A stretch of DNA of 62,604 nucleotides, filler included, from Klebsormidium nitens (Eukaryota; Plantae; Klebsormidiophyceae), in NCBI GenBank assembly GCA_000708835.1. It is 4 parts of 4 records of this genome, joined end to end, with 100 filler letters (N's around TTAATTAATTAA, not from the genome) between each part and the next. Parts side by side here need not be neighbours in the genome. Positions count along the whole stretch, not along the records: positions 1 to 29,393 come from DF237788.1; 3 more parts are not named here. One strand, given 5' to 3'. This document shows, one piece after another, positions 12,723-24,400 of the stretch (position 1 is the stretch's first letter; every line of letters begins with the position of its first letter). The notes under the pieces were generated by a model. That model had not been told where the DNA came from and searched no databases. It was given only the letters and a program-made list of their open reading frames with translations. Position numbers and translations under genes: made by a program.

Positions 12723-14658
12723 AGTTTTAGTCCGATGATGAGTTTGTAGTGCCGCTCAACGTGATTCATTTGCGAACGTGTGTAACCGTTGTGGGCTTAT
12801 CCACGGCAAGGTGGGTAGCGTGGCTAGCTTATGAGCGGAGAGGGTTCTTGTGTGTAGGCTGCCTCCTTAAGCAAACTCTTGTGAGCTTTTGGGCGTTCTG
12901 CTAGCGAGCATATTAAACTCACCACAAAGGTTGGTGAAGAATCTTTAGATCAAACTGTTGCTGGGCACCTACCGAAAGTTGTGGGCATGATCAGGCAGTG
13001 CCTTCTTGGTTCCGTTCCGTTGGTTCCGTTCCATTATAAGGAAGCAATGAGCTGCATATGTGCTGCCAATCAATTGCTTGCGGGCCAGGCATGTAGGTTT
13101 GACGTTGCGGCCAGAAGTAGCGCGGATTTCTGTTTTGATACAGTCAGGGTGATCTGAGATTGAAGGTCTGGCCGATCTTACAATGAAAGACCGGGCATTT
13201 CCTTTCTTCAAGCTCTTGCCGAGTGTATTGCGGAAGCAGGCTGATCGTTTGTGCAGTCCGCAATATTCAAGCATACCTTTGCCGGATTCACTTTTGATAG
13301 TGAGGAACGGACGAACACAATGATGGGTGATCGACTTGAAAAGCTGATGGCGACTACCTCCGGCCCCAAACGGCAGTTTGGTACGCGCATTTGCGCGATT
13401 TACCAAGGAGGTTGCACATGTGCATTAAGTCCACTCCAGGCTAGCTGGGTATAGTGCAATCGATCCGGGTCCGGGGGCCATCCGTACCAGTCCAAATTTT
13501 ATCAACGGCGCGGAAGGGAGACAGAATCTTTGCGATGCACCAATGCTACGCGGCCACGTGGGACAATGCTAAGCTGTGCGTATCTTCCGGAATCAGAAAC
13601 GACCGCAATTGCAAATTATTTGATGCTCAATCATATGATCGGCCTGCAAGCGGCGGTTTTACTTTACGTCATCACAGTACGTGACAGCGAAAACTGAGCA
13701 AGGTGGCGCACTTTGACATTGCCATGTGGCTTGTATCTACGTCATGCTATGAAAGCGGTTGGATGCTCACGCATTTCATTGGCTCGCCACCGATGCCCAT
13801 GTGGGATTTTGAAGTTGAGATCACGTGGTGCTCCACATGGTTCCGAGATTCAAACCAGGACCGGAATCCCCAGGCCCGCGTGCTACGTTCGGCAAAGCCG
13901 CAGAAGCGTACCTGCTACCGGGTTTTGTGCTTGCTACCGGTTACCTCGAAATCTCAACCCGACGTTCACAGGGTCCCGCGAGTCCGCGACTACCTATCGA
14001 CTTCCGAGTCCTCCGGTCTCACGGCGCACGACACTTTAACAAGGTACCGGTACTTCACCAAATTTCACGCCGGCCCACGCCAAGTGACCGGGTCTCCATT
14101 CACGTCCCGAATATGTCGGCGCTTAGCTCCCCGGAAGCACAATCAATATGCATTATGAGTACCGGGGTTGCCGCAAACGGTCGAAATTTTGCATTCGCAA
14201 GTCGGTTTGACTCCCCCAAATTCCAATTGTCCAGCCTGTCCGGTCTTTGTGGCACATGATGCACAATCTCCATCATGATGTTTGCGTTGCGAGGGGGAGT
14301 GGCGTGCCTGTGCAGCTACGCATGCCGTGCGACGAGTCGATTCAAGAACGAGACGAGTGCTCATGGTTGCTCACCTTTCGAAAGGGATATTTTCACTGCT
14401 TGTCCCGTCATGAAGCGCAGCAAAGCGGGCGCCTCCGGCTGTTGATTACTCCTCCCTGGGCGGTACGGCGCACTTCGTCCCTTTGAGGTGCTGCCCCTTT
14501 CACCACTAAATCGTCCTTTTAGCCTTTCCCTTCTGTTCTTGAGGTTTTGAGCTGCAGGAGCCGGATTCAGCTTTTGGGCACCTCAAATTGGAGCTCATTT
14601 CTTGGTGGCACTTCTCAGGTGGGCGGGGAACGCGATACCCGCTGTTGTTCTCGAGTTG

Positions 14659-17189
14659 ATGAACTGCCTGCGATTGTTTCGCCGGCCCAGCAAGACGCGC
14701 TACGAACCCGCAGCAACTAGTATGGCAAACCCAACGTCGGTCAAGCTCGGCAAGCGGGCGCGGAGCAGCCTGCAGCGCACCGTCAGCAGGGATTCCCTCA
14801 GCGACCTCAACAAGCTGAATGCGCTAGACGTGCTGGCGCCTATTGACGATGGGGGGCCTACGGAGGCAGACGCGGAACCCCCCCAGGAGGCAAGGGGTTT
14901 TCTGGGGGCCGCTGAATGGGCTGAGCCGGTGAAAGCCTCCCTGGAAAGCCTGACCCTAGACGATCCGGTGGAACTGAACCAGGGGCCTAAACCGGCGCAA
15001 AGGGAGGTGTTGAGGGAACTAGGACAGGGTGGGGATAACAGCGACAAGGGCCGGCTTTTGGCGGATGTGACGATGTCACCGACCAAGCCCAAGAGAAAGT
15101 GGTGGGCGATGGGGGGTAGAGCTCAATCGGCAGCTGCGACTAAGCTCCCCTTTCTGCCCACCAAGCCGGTTAAGTGCCCCGTTTACAAACCAGATGCTGA
15201 GCCCTTGAACCAGGAACCATTGGTGTGCGAGGTCTCCAAGGCCCCAATTCAATCCGCCGTTGTCTCCCCCCCTCCAGACATGGAAATTGTGCACAATGAC
15301 ACGTCGCCAAAGTGGACCAGCTCACAGAATGAGACCGACAGCCCCCGGCACTCCCTCTCAGCAGAGAGCCCCAAGCAACTAGACAGGGACGACCAACAGC
15401 GCGCCGAGGCGCAGGCGCAAAAGTACGGGGCACGGGGTGCGGCGTTCGTCAGGAAGGAGCAGGTTTCGGAGCGGTTGCATCACGCGGCGCACCGCTCGCC
15501 CAAGAAGGGAGGGGCAGGGGGCAGGCTGACGTCACCCACAAAGCTGATGTCACCCACGCTGTCACCCATTGTATACTGCCGGCAGGACAGCGGTCAGGAA
15601 GTGGCGGAGCTGCTCAACGCGTGCGGGGGGTGCCGGCGGGGGCTTGACAGTAAAAAGGACATCTACATGTACGGGTAAGTTGGAAGCTGTCTCTTTCTAT
15701 CTTGCGCATCATGCCCTTTGACCCTCTTTGAAGAGGACATTTGCCAATTCCAAATGGGCAGCATTCTGTTTCGTGCATTGCTGGAAGTTGTCTACTAGGG
15801 GTTTGAGATGATTATGGAGGGTTTGGCGGCTGCCAGTTGGCGATACTTGTCAGCAGACAGGACATCATCTCTCAGTGACTTTCCAAGAGTCAATGAATCT
15901 GCTAATAGCTCTATAGGGCTTCAAGCTTGAAAGGGCAGGCATGTCACAGCGTCGAGTGGTCGCCTTGTTTCTTGTGTCAACAGTGAGGGCATCAGACACT
16001 TGCAAGTTTGAAAGAGCTTTGAGCTCTGAATTTTCTTGTTGTAGCCTGTTCTTCTGATTCAGCTGGTTTTATTCAGATGCACAATTACAGCCTCTGGGCA
16101 ATCAGGCAAAGTGGTTTTGAGCTCGTGCTTGATGGCAGCAAGTATTGGTTCTGCTTCTCTTGCGGTAAGCAAGAATTCTTGCACATTTGAGCCAGGTCTA
16201 ACTCTAGGATTAGAGCTTTGCTTTCGGTGTTCCGGGTCATTACACAAAGTTATGAGAATGCATTATAGGCTTGTTCGCTTGTTGGAATGGATTAGGCATC
16301 TCGTGGGTTGTCCCTGCTGTCTATTGGTTGGCTTTATATTTTGCAAGGAGGATGTTTATTGTAGCTGTATAATGCCTCTGGGGAGTGGGCAGAAATTGTC
16401 GAATAAGCATCTCAATGCGCTGCCTCTTCAGTGAATTCTATGACTGCAAATTGCAAAAAGACCAAGCAGCCACAAAGCTAATTATTGCCTGGCGAAAGTC
16501 ATTGCATAAGTGGCAAGCGCCCAAGAAGCTGCAGTCATTCTGCCCGTCAGCTGTCCTTCTGATTGAGCATTCATCGATTAGGGGTTGCTTTTTGCATCTG
16601 CTGCATTATGCTTTCAAGAGCTTGTCTCTGTGTGTGGCCAGAGTAGTCTCTGGCAGGTTGTAACAGGGGTTGAGCTGCACAGATTGTTTATCTATGAAGT
16701 GGCGCCACATGGACACCGTTAATTGGCGCCCTGTTTGGGAGACCACCAAAAACTTTTCTGCTAACTTTCATTGGTAGTCCTGGTCTTGGTGATTACCGTT
16801 AGCCTTTGAGGGCTTGTTTTCCTATGTCTACAGTTTCGCTGCTGATCAAGAAAACATCTCAAATGAAGACTCATGTGGGCGTTTCTCACTCCATACGCTG
16901 ACTTTGGCATGAGACAGATTTCGTCCTTCCTTCCAGTCTGTTGACCGTAGGAAACGCCGGCCAAGCTGTGGTTTAGTGTACGACGCTCACCTCTGTTTCA
17001 AGTTACTTCCTGAGACTTCTTTCCTTACAGCTGCTGACATGTCATGATGCATGCTTTTGCAGGGGAGAGAAGGCGTTCTGCAGTGTGAGCTGCCGGTCAA
17101 AGGCAATCGCCAGGGAAGAGATGGCCCACGTTTGCAGCGCCAAGGCGAGACAGGGGCCAGCACCGTCAATGCTACCAAGGCTGTGGTGA
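14659..17189 (+). CDS. FLZ: FCS-like zinc finger (FLZ/DUF581) protein with long disordered N-terminus (about 380 aa)
   Basis: Exon 14659-15674 (start ATG could instead be 14722) joins exon 17063-17189 in phase 2. Junction reads LLNACGGCRRGLDSKKDIYMYG|GEKAFCSVSCR, matching the FLZ motif CxxC...DIYMY.G..AFCS..CR. Confidence 0.85.
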
Positions 17190-18503
17190 CATAGAGGGGT
17201 CAGCCCAGCGGGGGATCCCTTCAATGGAGAGTCGTCATGCTGAGGGGTTCCAGAACAGCTTGCGGGAGAGGTTGGGATTTGGAACCCCAAGTCGTACGTG
17301 TTGAGGCACCGGGCTGAAGTCTGGTTTGAAGATGTACAAAGGTGGGTTAAATAGTCGTAGCTATAGAGGTTGAACATGAGACTGGGGGGAACGAGAAGTC
17401 ACGATGAAAGGTAGCGGCCCCTCCCATACGTACAGAAATGTACAAAGACACATGGCGCACTCGATGATAACTTTGATCAATCCAGCCTATAAGATGGTCA
17501 ATAAGAACGCCTTGAAAATAGATAAGGTCGTGGCTCATATGGTAGTGCTCACTGATCCGCTTGCAACACAACACAGATATAGACATATAAGCCAAGGTAG
17601 ACTAGCAACTTACAGGAACAATAAGCTTCGCTGCAACTCAGCGAAAGCGACTCAATGATCACTGTTTGATTGGGCTATACAATCTGCAAGAGTTGATCAG
17701 GTGGCCCGGACATTTCTTTTTCAGATTCCCATATATGGCCAATGATGCATATACTCATGGGACTACTCAATTGCTCAAGAATATGCCGGTTTGTTGCAAG
17801 ATTCAACTTAAGCTTGCGCCTCAAGCTGCATGTCATGAGATCGATGACCCGATCACAATCATATAGATACATGGATGCCCATGCACCATTGCTGGCATGA
17901 GTCTGGGGCTCTCGTTTATCAGAACAAATGATAGCTACGCCACTGCAAATGATTCTGGTGGGCATGCTACAACGGATGCATACGTTACTCCGGGGGCCCT
18001 AAGTTAAGATGGACCTCGCCCCACAGTGCGTGCCTGCGCGACCGCATCATGCACGATCGTTGATTGTAGATTGGCTTGTGTTGCAGCATTAGTAGCCAAT
18101 CACAATCCGTAATGGATGTATAGACATAGTGCAGATAAAACCTCCAAATGTCTTATTATCAGATCTGAGTGCCCAAGGCCAATAGGAAGAACCAGTACAT
18201 GATACTCAAATTGTTGTTCGTATGTCTAGATCTCAAGTTTCAGTGCATTAAATATTGCGGCAATATCCATCGTCTCGATCTACGTATATTCAATGTTGTT
18301 AACTATCTCTTTATGAGGTTTGAGCAACGTACTGAGGAACCTTCGGCACACCTGGCACACGCTCGTGACCATGCTAAGATGCCATTGGAGTACCTTGGTG
18401 TCAGCAAGTCCGGAAGCAAAAGCCTGAATGGGGCTCTGCTCTGCTATACTCTTGGAGCCCCCATCATTCACAAGTAATCCTCACGCCTTTTCAGTGCTTC
18501 ATG

Positions 18504-19570
18504 TCACCTCTTTGCGGGGACTGCTTTCGGAAGGGGAGGATCACACAAATCTTCGTGCAACCAGATATGGTCCCTCAGCTTTTGGACGTTCGACCCCCAA
18601 AACTCGTCTATCTTTCGGCTCCGGTGAAACACTGTGAACGTGGGTGTGTACTTTACGTGCTTGGACGTCTCCGGCAGAAGGTCCACGTCAGCGACGACGT
18701 AGAGCGGCTTTGGGAACTCTTTACTAATCTTGGCGAGCTCGGGTACCATGAGCTTACAATGTTCACACCTGAGCGGGGGTAAACACCTGACGCTTAGAGG
18801 CAATACAGTTGCTTGATTTGACAGGAAGAGAGGTGTCAACCAGAATGGCGCCCAACTACTCAAACTTAACGTCCTGAAACTCATGCATTTGGAACTCAAA
18901 AGATGGCAACTAACGGCCGTTCCTGTCTGCAGCTTGTTTGGCAAAGTGTTGCAAATGTTCAGAGATGGACAGCAATCAAGCTCCTGAAAAATCAACTACA
19001 ATTCAGCATCTCGCACCCGCTACCTTTTGTAGTGAGAAACTTAGAGGGCACAGCTGTTTAGCAACCAAACAGACGAATGGAGCAGTGGAGCGCTGCTCAC
19101 CAAGAGGCTCCAAAATTCACAACCACCTGCAATCAGTTGATGGCACAACTGCTGAGACATGACAACCGGAGATCATAGAAGTCCGTCACTTAATGAGACG
19201 TTCCAACAGCGTTTCTGAACAGTCGGCCATTCTCACAACACCGATGCTGAAGATCTAGAAAGGAAACATTCAGCATTGCCTTGGCGTGCTGGTTGACCAC
19301 TGAAACCTGTCACATCTGAGCTGATTGATGGCGCAAGAAACGCTGTACAGTTATGAAAACCATGAAAACCTTGAAGTTTTGGGAATCCATGGCCGCCAAA
19401 AGAAGGCTTACCGGCCTGTTGCCTGACTTCTTCAACAGCTGCTTCAGGTCATCGTCCGTCTTCACAACGGAGAGGTTCCCCGCTGCTTCTAGAAAGTGGT
19501 TATGCGAAGCTGGAGAGTAAGCCTCTTCTCTGCCTGACGTGCCAACCTCTCCAGCTTTATGGGCCAGCAT
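18504..19570 (-). CDS. Thioredoxin-like protein (Trx-like 3-3 type), WCEHC active site
   Basis: Exons 19570-19412, 19126-19101 (26 nt) and 18768-18504. Reads VVVNFGASW|CEHCKLM...VADVDLLPETSKHVKYTPTF...IDEFWGS...LRDHIWLH. A possible extra upstream exon lies at 19741-19688. Confidence 0.85.
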
Positions 19571-19856
19571 CGCAGAAGGTATGGCGGGCGGAACCAAGTC
19601 CTATGGAGAGAAATCACACTTTCGTCCCCAAACTTAAAGTCCAAACAATGTCAAACCAACAGTTCATGTGCTGGGATGCACACCTACCCCTTTCTTGGTT
19701 AACCATAGAACCAGCTTAGCCAGCTTGAAGTAGAAAAGCATCTGCTATAAGCGTCTGCCACGATCAACTTTCTGAAGTTCTGGTTTGTAAGGTACTTGGG
19801 AGGATTGGCCAATCTGCATTCATGAGCTTCCTTCCAGAGTCGAGGCCCCCGCCTGA

Positions 19857-20953
19857 GGGGCTATGCACACCTGGGAGGGGGGTTTTTGGGCAAAAACGGG
19901 GTTTTGCTGACGTTTGTCGGAGACCCGGGATCCGAGCTCGGGAGCAACCCCGAGACCCTATGCACACCGGGTTGCGGGATGTCGGGTTTCCGGCCCCCAA
20001 CGCATTGTGTACCTAACCGTGTACAGTTTGTGTACGCACCGATCGAAGCCTGGGTCGGGTTCACATTGGACTTTCTCAGAACTTTTATCGTGATTCGATA
20101 GCTAGACCTGCGTCACTCGGCGTCAGCCCGCCAGAGTCGGCGGGCTAACGGTCAATCCTTCGAACAACAAAATTTATCGAAGTCGAAGATTAGACCTCAA
20201 CCTACCCAAATCCGGGAGGCTATCGAAACGCGGTCGACGACCGCGTTTGGATAGCCCAATCACGATAGGTACAGGTTTGATTTCGTCACGCCTCCGCCTT
20301 TGCTGACGGTATTGTGTACCAAGTGTACTCAACTTGGTTCACATGGCCGATCACGTGGTTCCGGTCGAGAGTTTCGAGTCACGATACGGAATTCGACGGA
20401 CCAATTTGCAATGTGAACCCACTTTGAACATCGTAGTCCGACACTGCTGAAACGTCAGCATGGGTACTTCCAATTGTGAATCAAGGCAGACCGAATTATG
20501 GCCAAAAGCCCAATGTGAACCCGACCCTGCAAAAGTACGTTTGGCGCGTCCTTCGTTCCCCCGTGACGTCAACTTTCGATCGAAACCCGGCCGNNNNNNN
20601 NNNNNNNNNNNNNNNNNNNNNNNNNNNNNNNNNNNNNNNNNNNNNNNNNNNNNNNNNNNNNNNNNNNNNNNNNNNNNNNNNNNNNNNNNNNNNNNNNNNN
20701 NNNNNNNNNNNNNNNNNNNNNNNNNNNNNNNNNNNNNNNNNNNNNNNNNNNNNNNNNNNNNNNNNNNNNNNNNNNNNNNNNNNNNNNNNNNNNNNNNNNN
20801 NNNNNNNNNNNNNNNNNNNNNNNNNNNNNNNNNNNNNNNNNNNNNNNNNNNNNNNNNNNNNNNNNNNNNNNNNTGCCGGATGTCGATTTCGAGACCCGGG
20901 TCTCCATTTTACCAGAGAAACCCCGACACCCCCCTCCAAGTGTGCATAGCCCC
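19857..20953. mobile_element. Non-autonomous PIF/Harbinger-like DNA transposon (internal N gap)
   Basis: Terminal inverted repeats GGGGCTATGCACAC(C/T)TGG..AGGGGGG at 19857 and ending at 20953, flanked by a 3-bp TGA duplication (19854-56 and 20954-56). Shared subterminal GGAGACCCGGG; internal near-perfect palindrome at 20218-20256. Confidence 0.8.
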
Positions 20954-21461
20954 TGAGGGGCCAGGGCCTCTTCCTTGCAATTTGTACGAGATAAATCGTC
21001 CCCAAATCCTTTGCAGAATGCGGGCCTATAAGGGGTTCGCGATTGAGCCACGTTAAATCTGCTTGTATAACGAACGCAGCCAACGGACTTAATCTTAAAG
21101 TTATATATTGGTTAGTGGATCAAAGATAGCTCGCCGTCACTGCTTTTCCCGCGCTTTTATACGGAGCGCTGCAGAATCTGTGAATCATATGATCGACTTC
21201 ATGCAATTTAATGCTTCATGACTTCAAGAACCTTCCAGACTTTCATCAACCTGCATTAAGCACCTTGTATTACCTAGTTGTACAGTAGGTGGATCGCTAT
21301 CCGCATTCTACGCTGCTTCCATTGGACTTTACTACACTGCACATTGCAACATGAGCCGAATAGTTGAAGAGGGGAGCGGAGCGTCAACCATGCGCTGAGC
21401 AGAAATTCCTATATCAACACTTTCAGCTCTTTTTTGGTCATTGGCGACGCTCAAACGCAGC

Positions 21462-24400
21462 ATGGAGGGCCTGATAGATGTGTACGAGAATGCAGGCCTC
21501 TTTAAGGTCGACCCTTCTAGGAGCGTGCAAGTTGGGACATCAGAGAAGCTAGCTGAAAATGTGCCCATCTTGTTTGAATCGCTTCGCTTCAAGGGAAGCC
21601 CAGGGACAAAGAACGGGGAGTCAGTGATTATGGAGTATGCAGAATTCAAGGCGCTCTTTGATGAATCGACGCTGGGCGTCTTGCAAAAGGTGAGCCATAA
21701 GAACAGATGTTTCAATCAAAGAAAGGTACTGGGGCAAATAAGTCCACAGGCCTAAACAACTTGAGCTTGTGAGACCAGCTTCTTGACGTGGGTTATCTGC
21801 TTCTGGGTTTGCTCAAGATGGCCACGTTCTCTTGATCAGGCTCAGCCCAGTCATATGTTTGGATAATACGTTAGGTGGCAGTGTCTTTGAGGATTTAGGC
21901 GGTTAAAGCGCGCACGCTAACCTGCCCAACGCGCTTGCTTCTTTTAAAAACTTCAGAAGTTCAACCCCCACATCTAGCAACATAAGTTCAGGCCTTTGTA
22001 ATTGCAACTAGCAAGCGGCCCAAAGATGAGCCTCTTGCTGTGTGCTCCGTTTCTTCGGTCAGCATGCGTGACATACTGAAAGAAAGTCGGAATATACACG
22101 GTGGGACAACGTCCCTCCTGTCCTCAAGCTGATTGACTGACACCATATACCCATTGCAATCTGCATTCGTTGCATCAACGGTCTTCGGTGCCTGCCACCG
22201 GAGGGGTCGAGATTGAAAGTTTCGGAGCCCAGAATGTCCGCTCTCCCGTTAAGTGTCACCTTGCGAAGATGGTGTCAGACAATTTTCTCAGTCTTTCTGG
22301 ATTGGGACAGCGGTCAACTCTGGTTGGAACCATTCTAAAGAACATCAACAGTCTTTCAAAGACCAGTTGGGGGTCATCAATCTCACTTATCCCATTCCAA
22401 TGTGCTTCTTTTAAGGTGCTCCCAACCAGGCACCAGTGTTTTGAACCTTAGAATCATGAAATTTGAGTTCCTATCATGTTCTAATTATGAGGGTCACATC
22501 ATTTTGCAGGTCGATGACTGGGACAATTGCATGGTCGCTGGGGGTCAGGTCCTGGCTTGCCTCCGCGGCTTGGACCCCTCCATCGACAAGCCCTCCGACA
22601 TCGACATCTTCATGTACGGTCTTGAAGAGACCGAACAGTGGCTCGCACGTGTTCATAAACTTTTGAGCCAGATTCACGAGGGCTACAAGATTGCGAACCA
22701 GTGCAACCCCGACGATCGCCCGTCTGTGTTCATCGACGTTGTTCGGACTGACCACACGCTGACGCTTATCCCCAAGTACGAAGTGGAAATCGACGATGAG
22801 TGGGTGTCGTTGCCCAAAGTCCAGGTGAGTGTTACTACGAGGCAGGAAAGTTAGACATTTCATGGTTTGATTCCGAGCCGACTTTTGACGCCTTTCTTCC
22901 GCAAAATTTTGCTTCAAAGGCTGGCAGTTCGAGAGCTGTGGACCTGACGGCCTTTCAGGAACTCATCTTCCTGGATCAGGAGGGAAACAGTGGCTTTCGA
23001 GAAGTCGATTTGTAAGTGACTGGACAAGTTCAAAGCCCTTGTTCTAACATGGGTGTGACTCATCGCTGGTCGGGTTGGTCCACAATTCGATCCAAAGCTG
23101 GCCAATGTGACGATTGGGCGCCGAGTGCTTCTTCAAAAACCCTCTTAATATCATTGAAAACCAACCTAAACGAGGAATTTGGTACACATCAACAATCCTT
23201 GTTAACCCGGATGCAGATTGTGACGCGAAAGTTTGATAATGCTGCAGCCGTCCTGGCGTGTTTTGATGTTGACTGCTGCTGTGTCGCCTTCGACAACACC
23301 AAGGTTTGGGCCAGCCCACGTGCGGTCCGTGCGCTGCGCACTGGTGTCAACCTCATCGACCTCAAGTTTCGGTGAGACTTTGTCGCAGACGCTTCCTCGT
23401 TTTGACTTCTACTTCTTCAGTGTATGAGGTTTCTGGTCCTAGGGTCATCTACATTACGTTGTACGCATCACAGAAGGTGATTGATGGTGCAAAAGTACAC
23501 AACTCAAGCGTTGAGATCCTGGGCTGCCCTGCCTGTTGTCACGTAAACTCACGGCGCTCGTGACCTTGTTTACATCGCTGTTTTTCGCATTGCCTGCGGG
23601 ATGGATATCGCCAGCTACCGACATCTGCACCCACATCTTTTCGCAAGACAGAGTCTAAACGTATGACTGTTTGATTCCAGGAGCGCCACTTTCGAGAACC
23701 GTCTACTCAAGTACTCCCGGCGCGGGTTTGCGGTGCAAGACCCGGAGATGCGGGGCCACGCACTCGCGTGTCTAGACAACTACTTTGGCGGAGATCAAGG
23801 CGTCAAGGAGAAAGTGGACCTGGAAAACCTGGTGCGCTGCATCCGGCGCAGCACCGGGCTGCTGAAGCTGCTGCTAGCGGACTTGGCGGGGAGGCGGGGC
23901 GTCATCTGGGCGGGTGTGATCGTCGATTCGGCCTCTTTTGACGGTGCGTCAGTTTGTACGAAGCACCGAATCCTTCTTGGGTATCAGACTCTCTGGAGAG
24001 GGACCTTGGTATTACCGAAGGGGTTACGGATTGCAGTGTCACGAAGACCTCGTGTTCAGATCAAGCCCAAAACAAGTTCTGATTCCCCCTGGTGACTTTC
24101 ATCCTGTGCATCATCTTCGTTCACAGGCGACAACTCGAAGCACGGCTTTCGGCAGAAGTACAGCGAGCACCCAAAAGGAGGTCTCGGCTTCGCTTTTTAA
24201 TTCCAAACCCAAAATGGTCTCCTGTGCTCAACCTGTTTATCCTGCTTCGCTAACTTCTGAGAAGCCGGAGCACAGCTTCCTGAGGATCACGGCGAGCGTT
24301 CGGTCGACCGCACGTAGGCCTCCCCCACCAGCTGGAAGCGTCTCACCCGGTTTATCCTTCTTCGCTGGCAGGCGAGAACTCGGAGCACGGCCAAGAGCAG

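Noticed and set aside
13860-14120. GC-rich, palindrome-rich stretch resembling TE sequence, similarly 45067-45900
   Set aside because: No definable termini or TSD; cannot be classified without a repeat library.
16059-16247. Protein-like minus-strand ORF inside the FLZ intron
   Set aside because: Short, no recognisable motif, and no convincing splice partners.
17350-18470. Broken minus-strand ORFs that might be a decayed transposase
   Set aside because: No catalytic motif, TIR or TSD could be identified.
20460-21083. Long ORFs in the ORF track, also at 48978-49859
   Set aside because: Artefacts of translating through N runs and poly(T).
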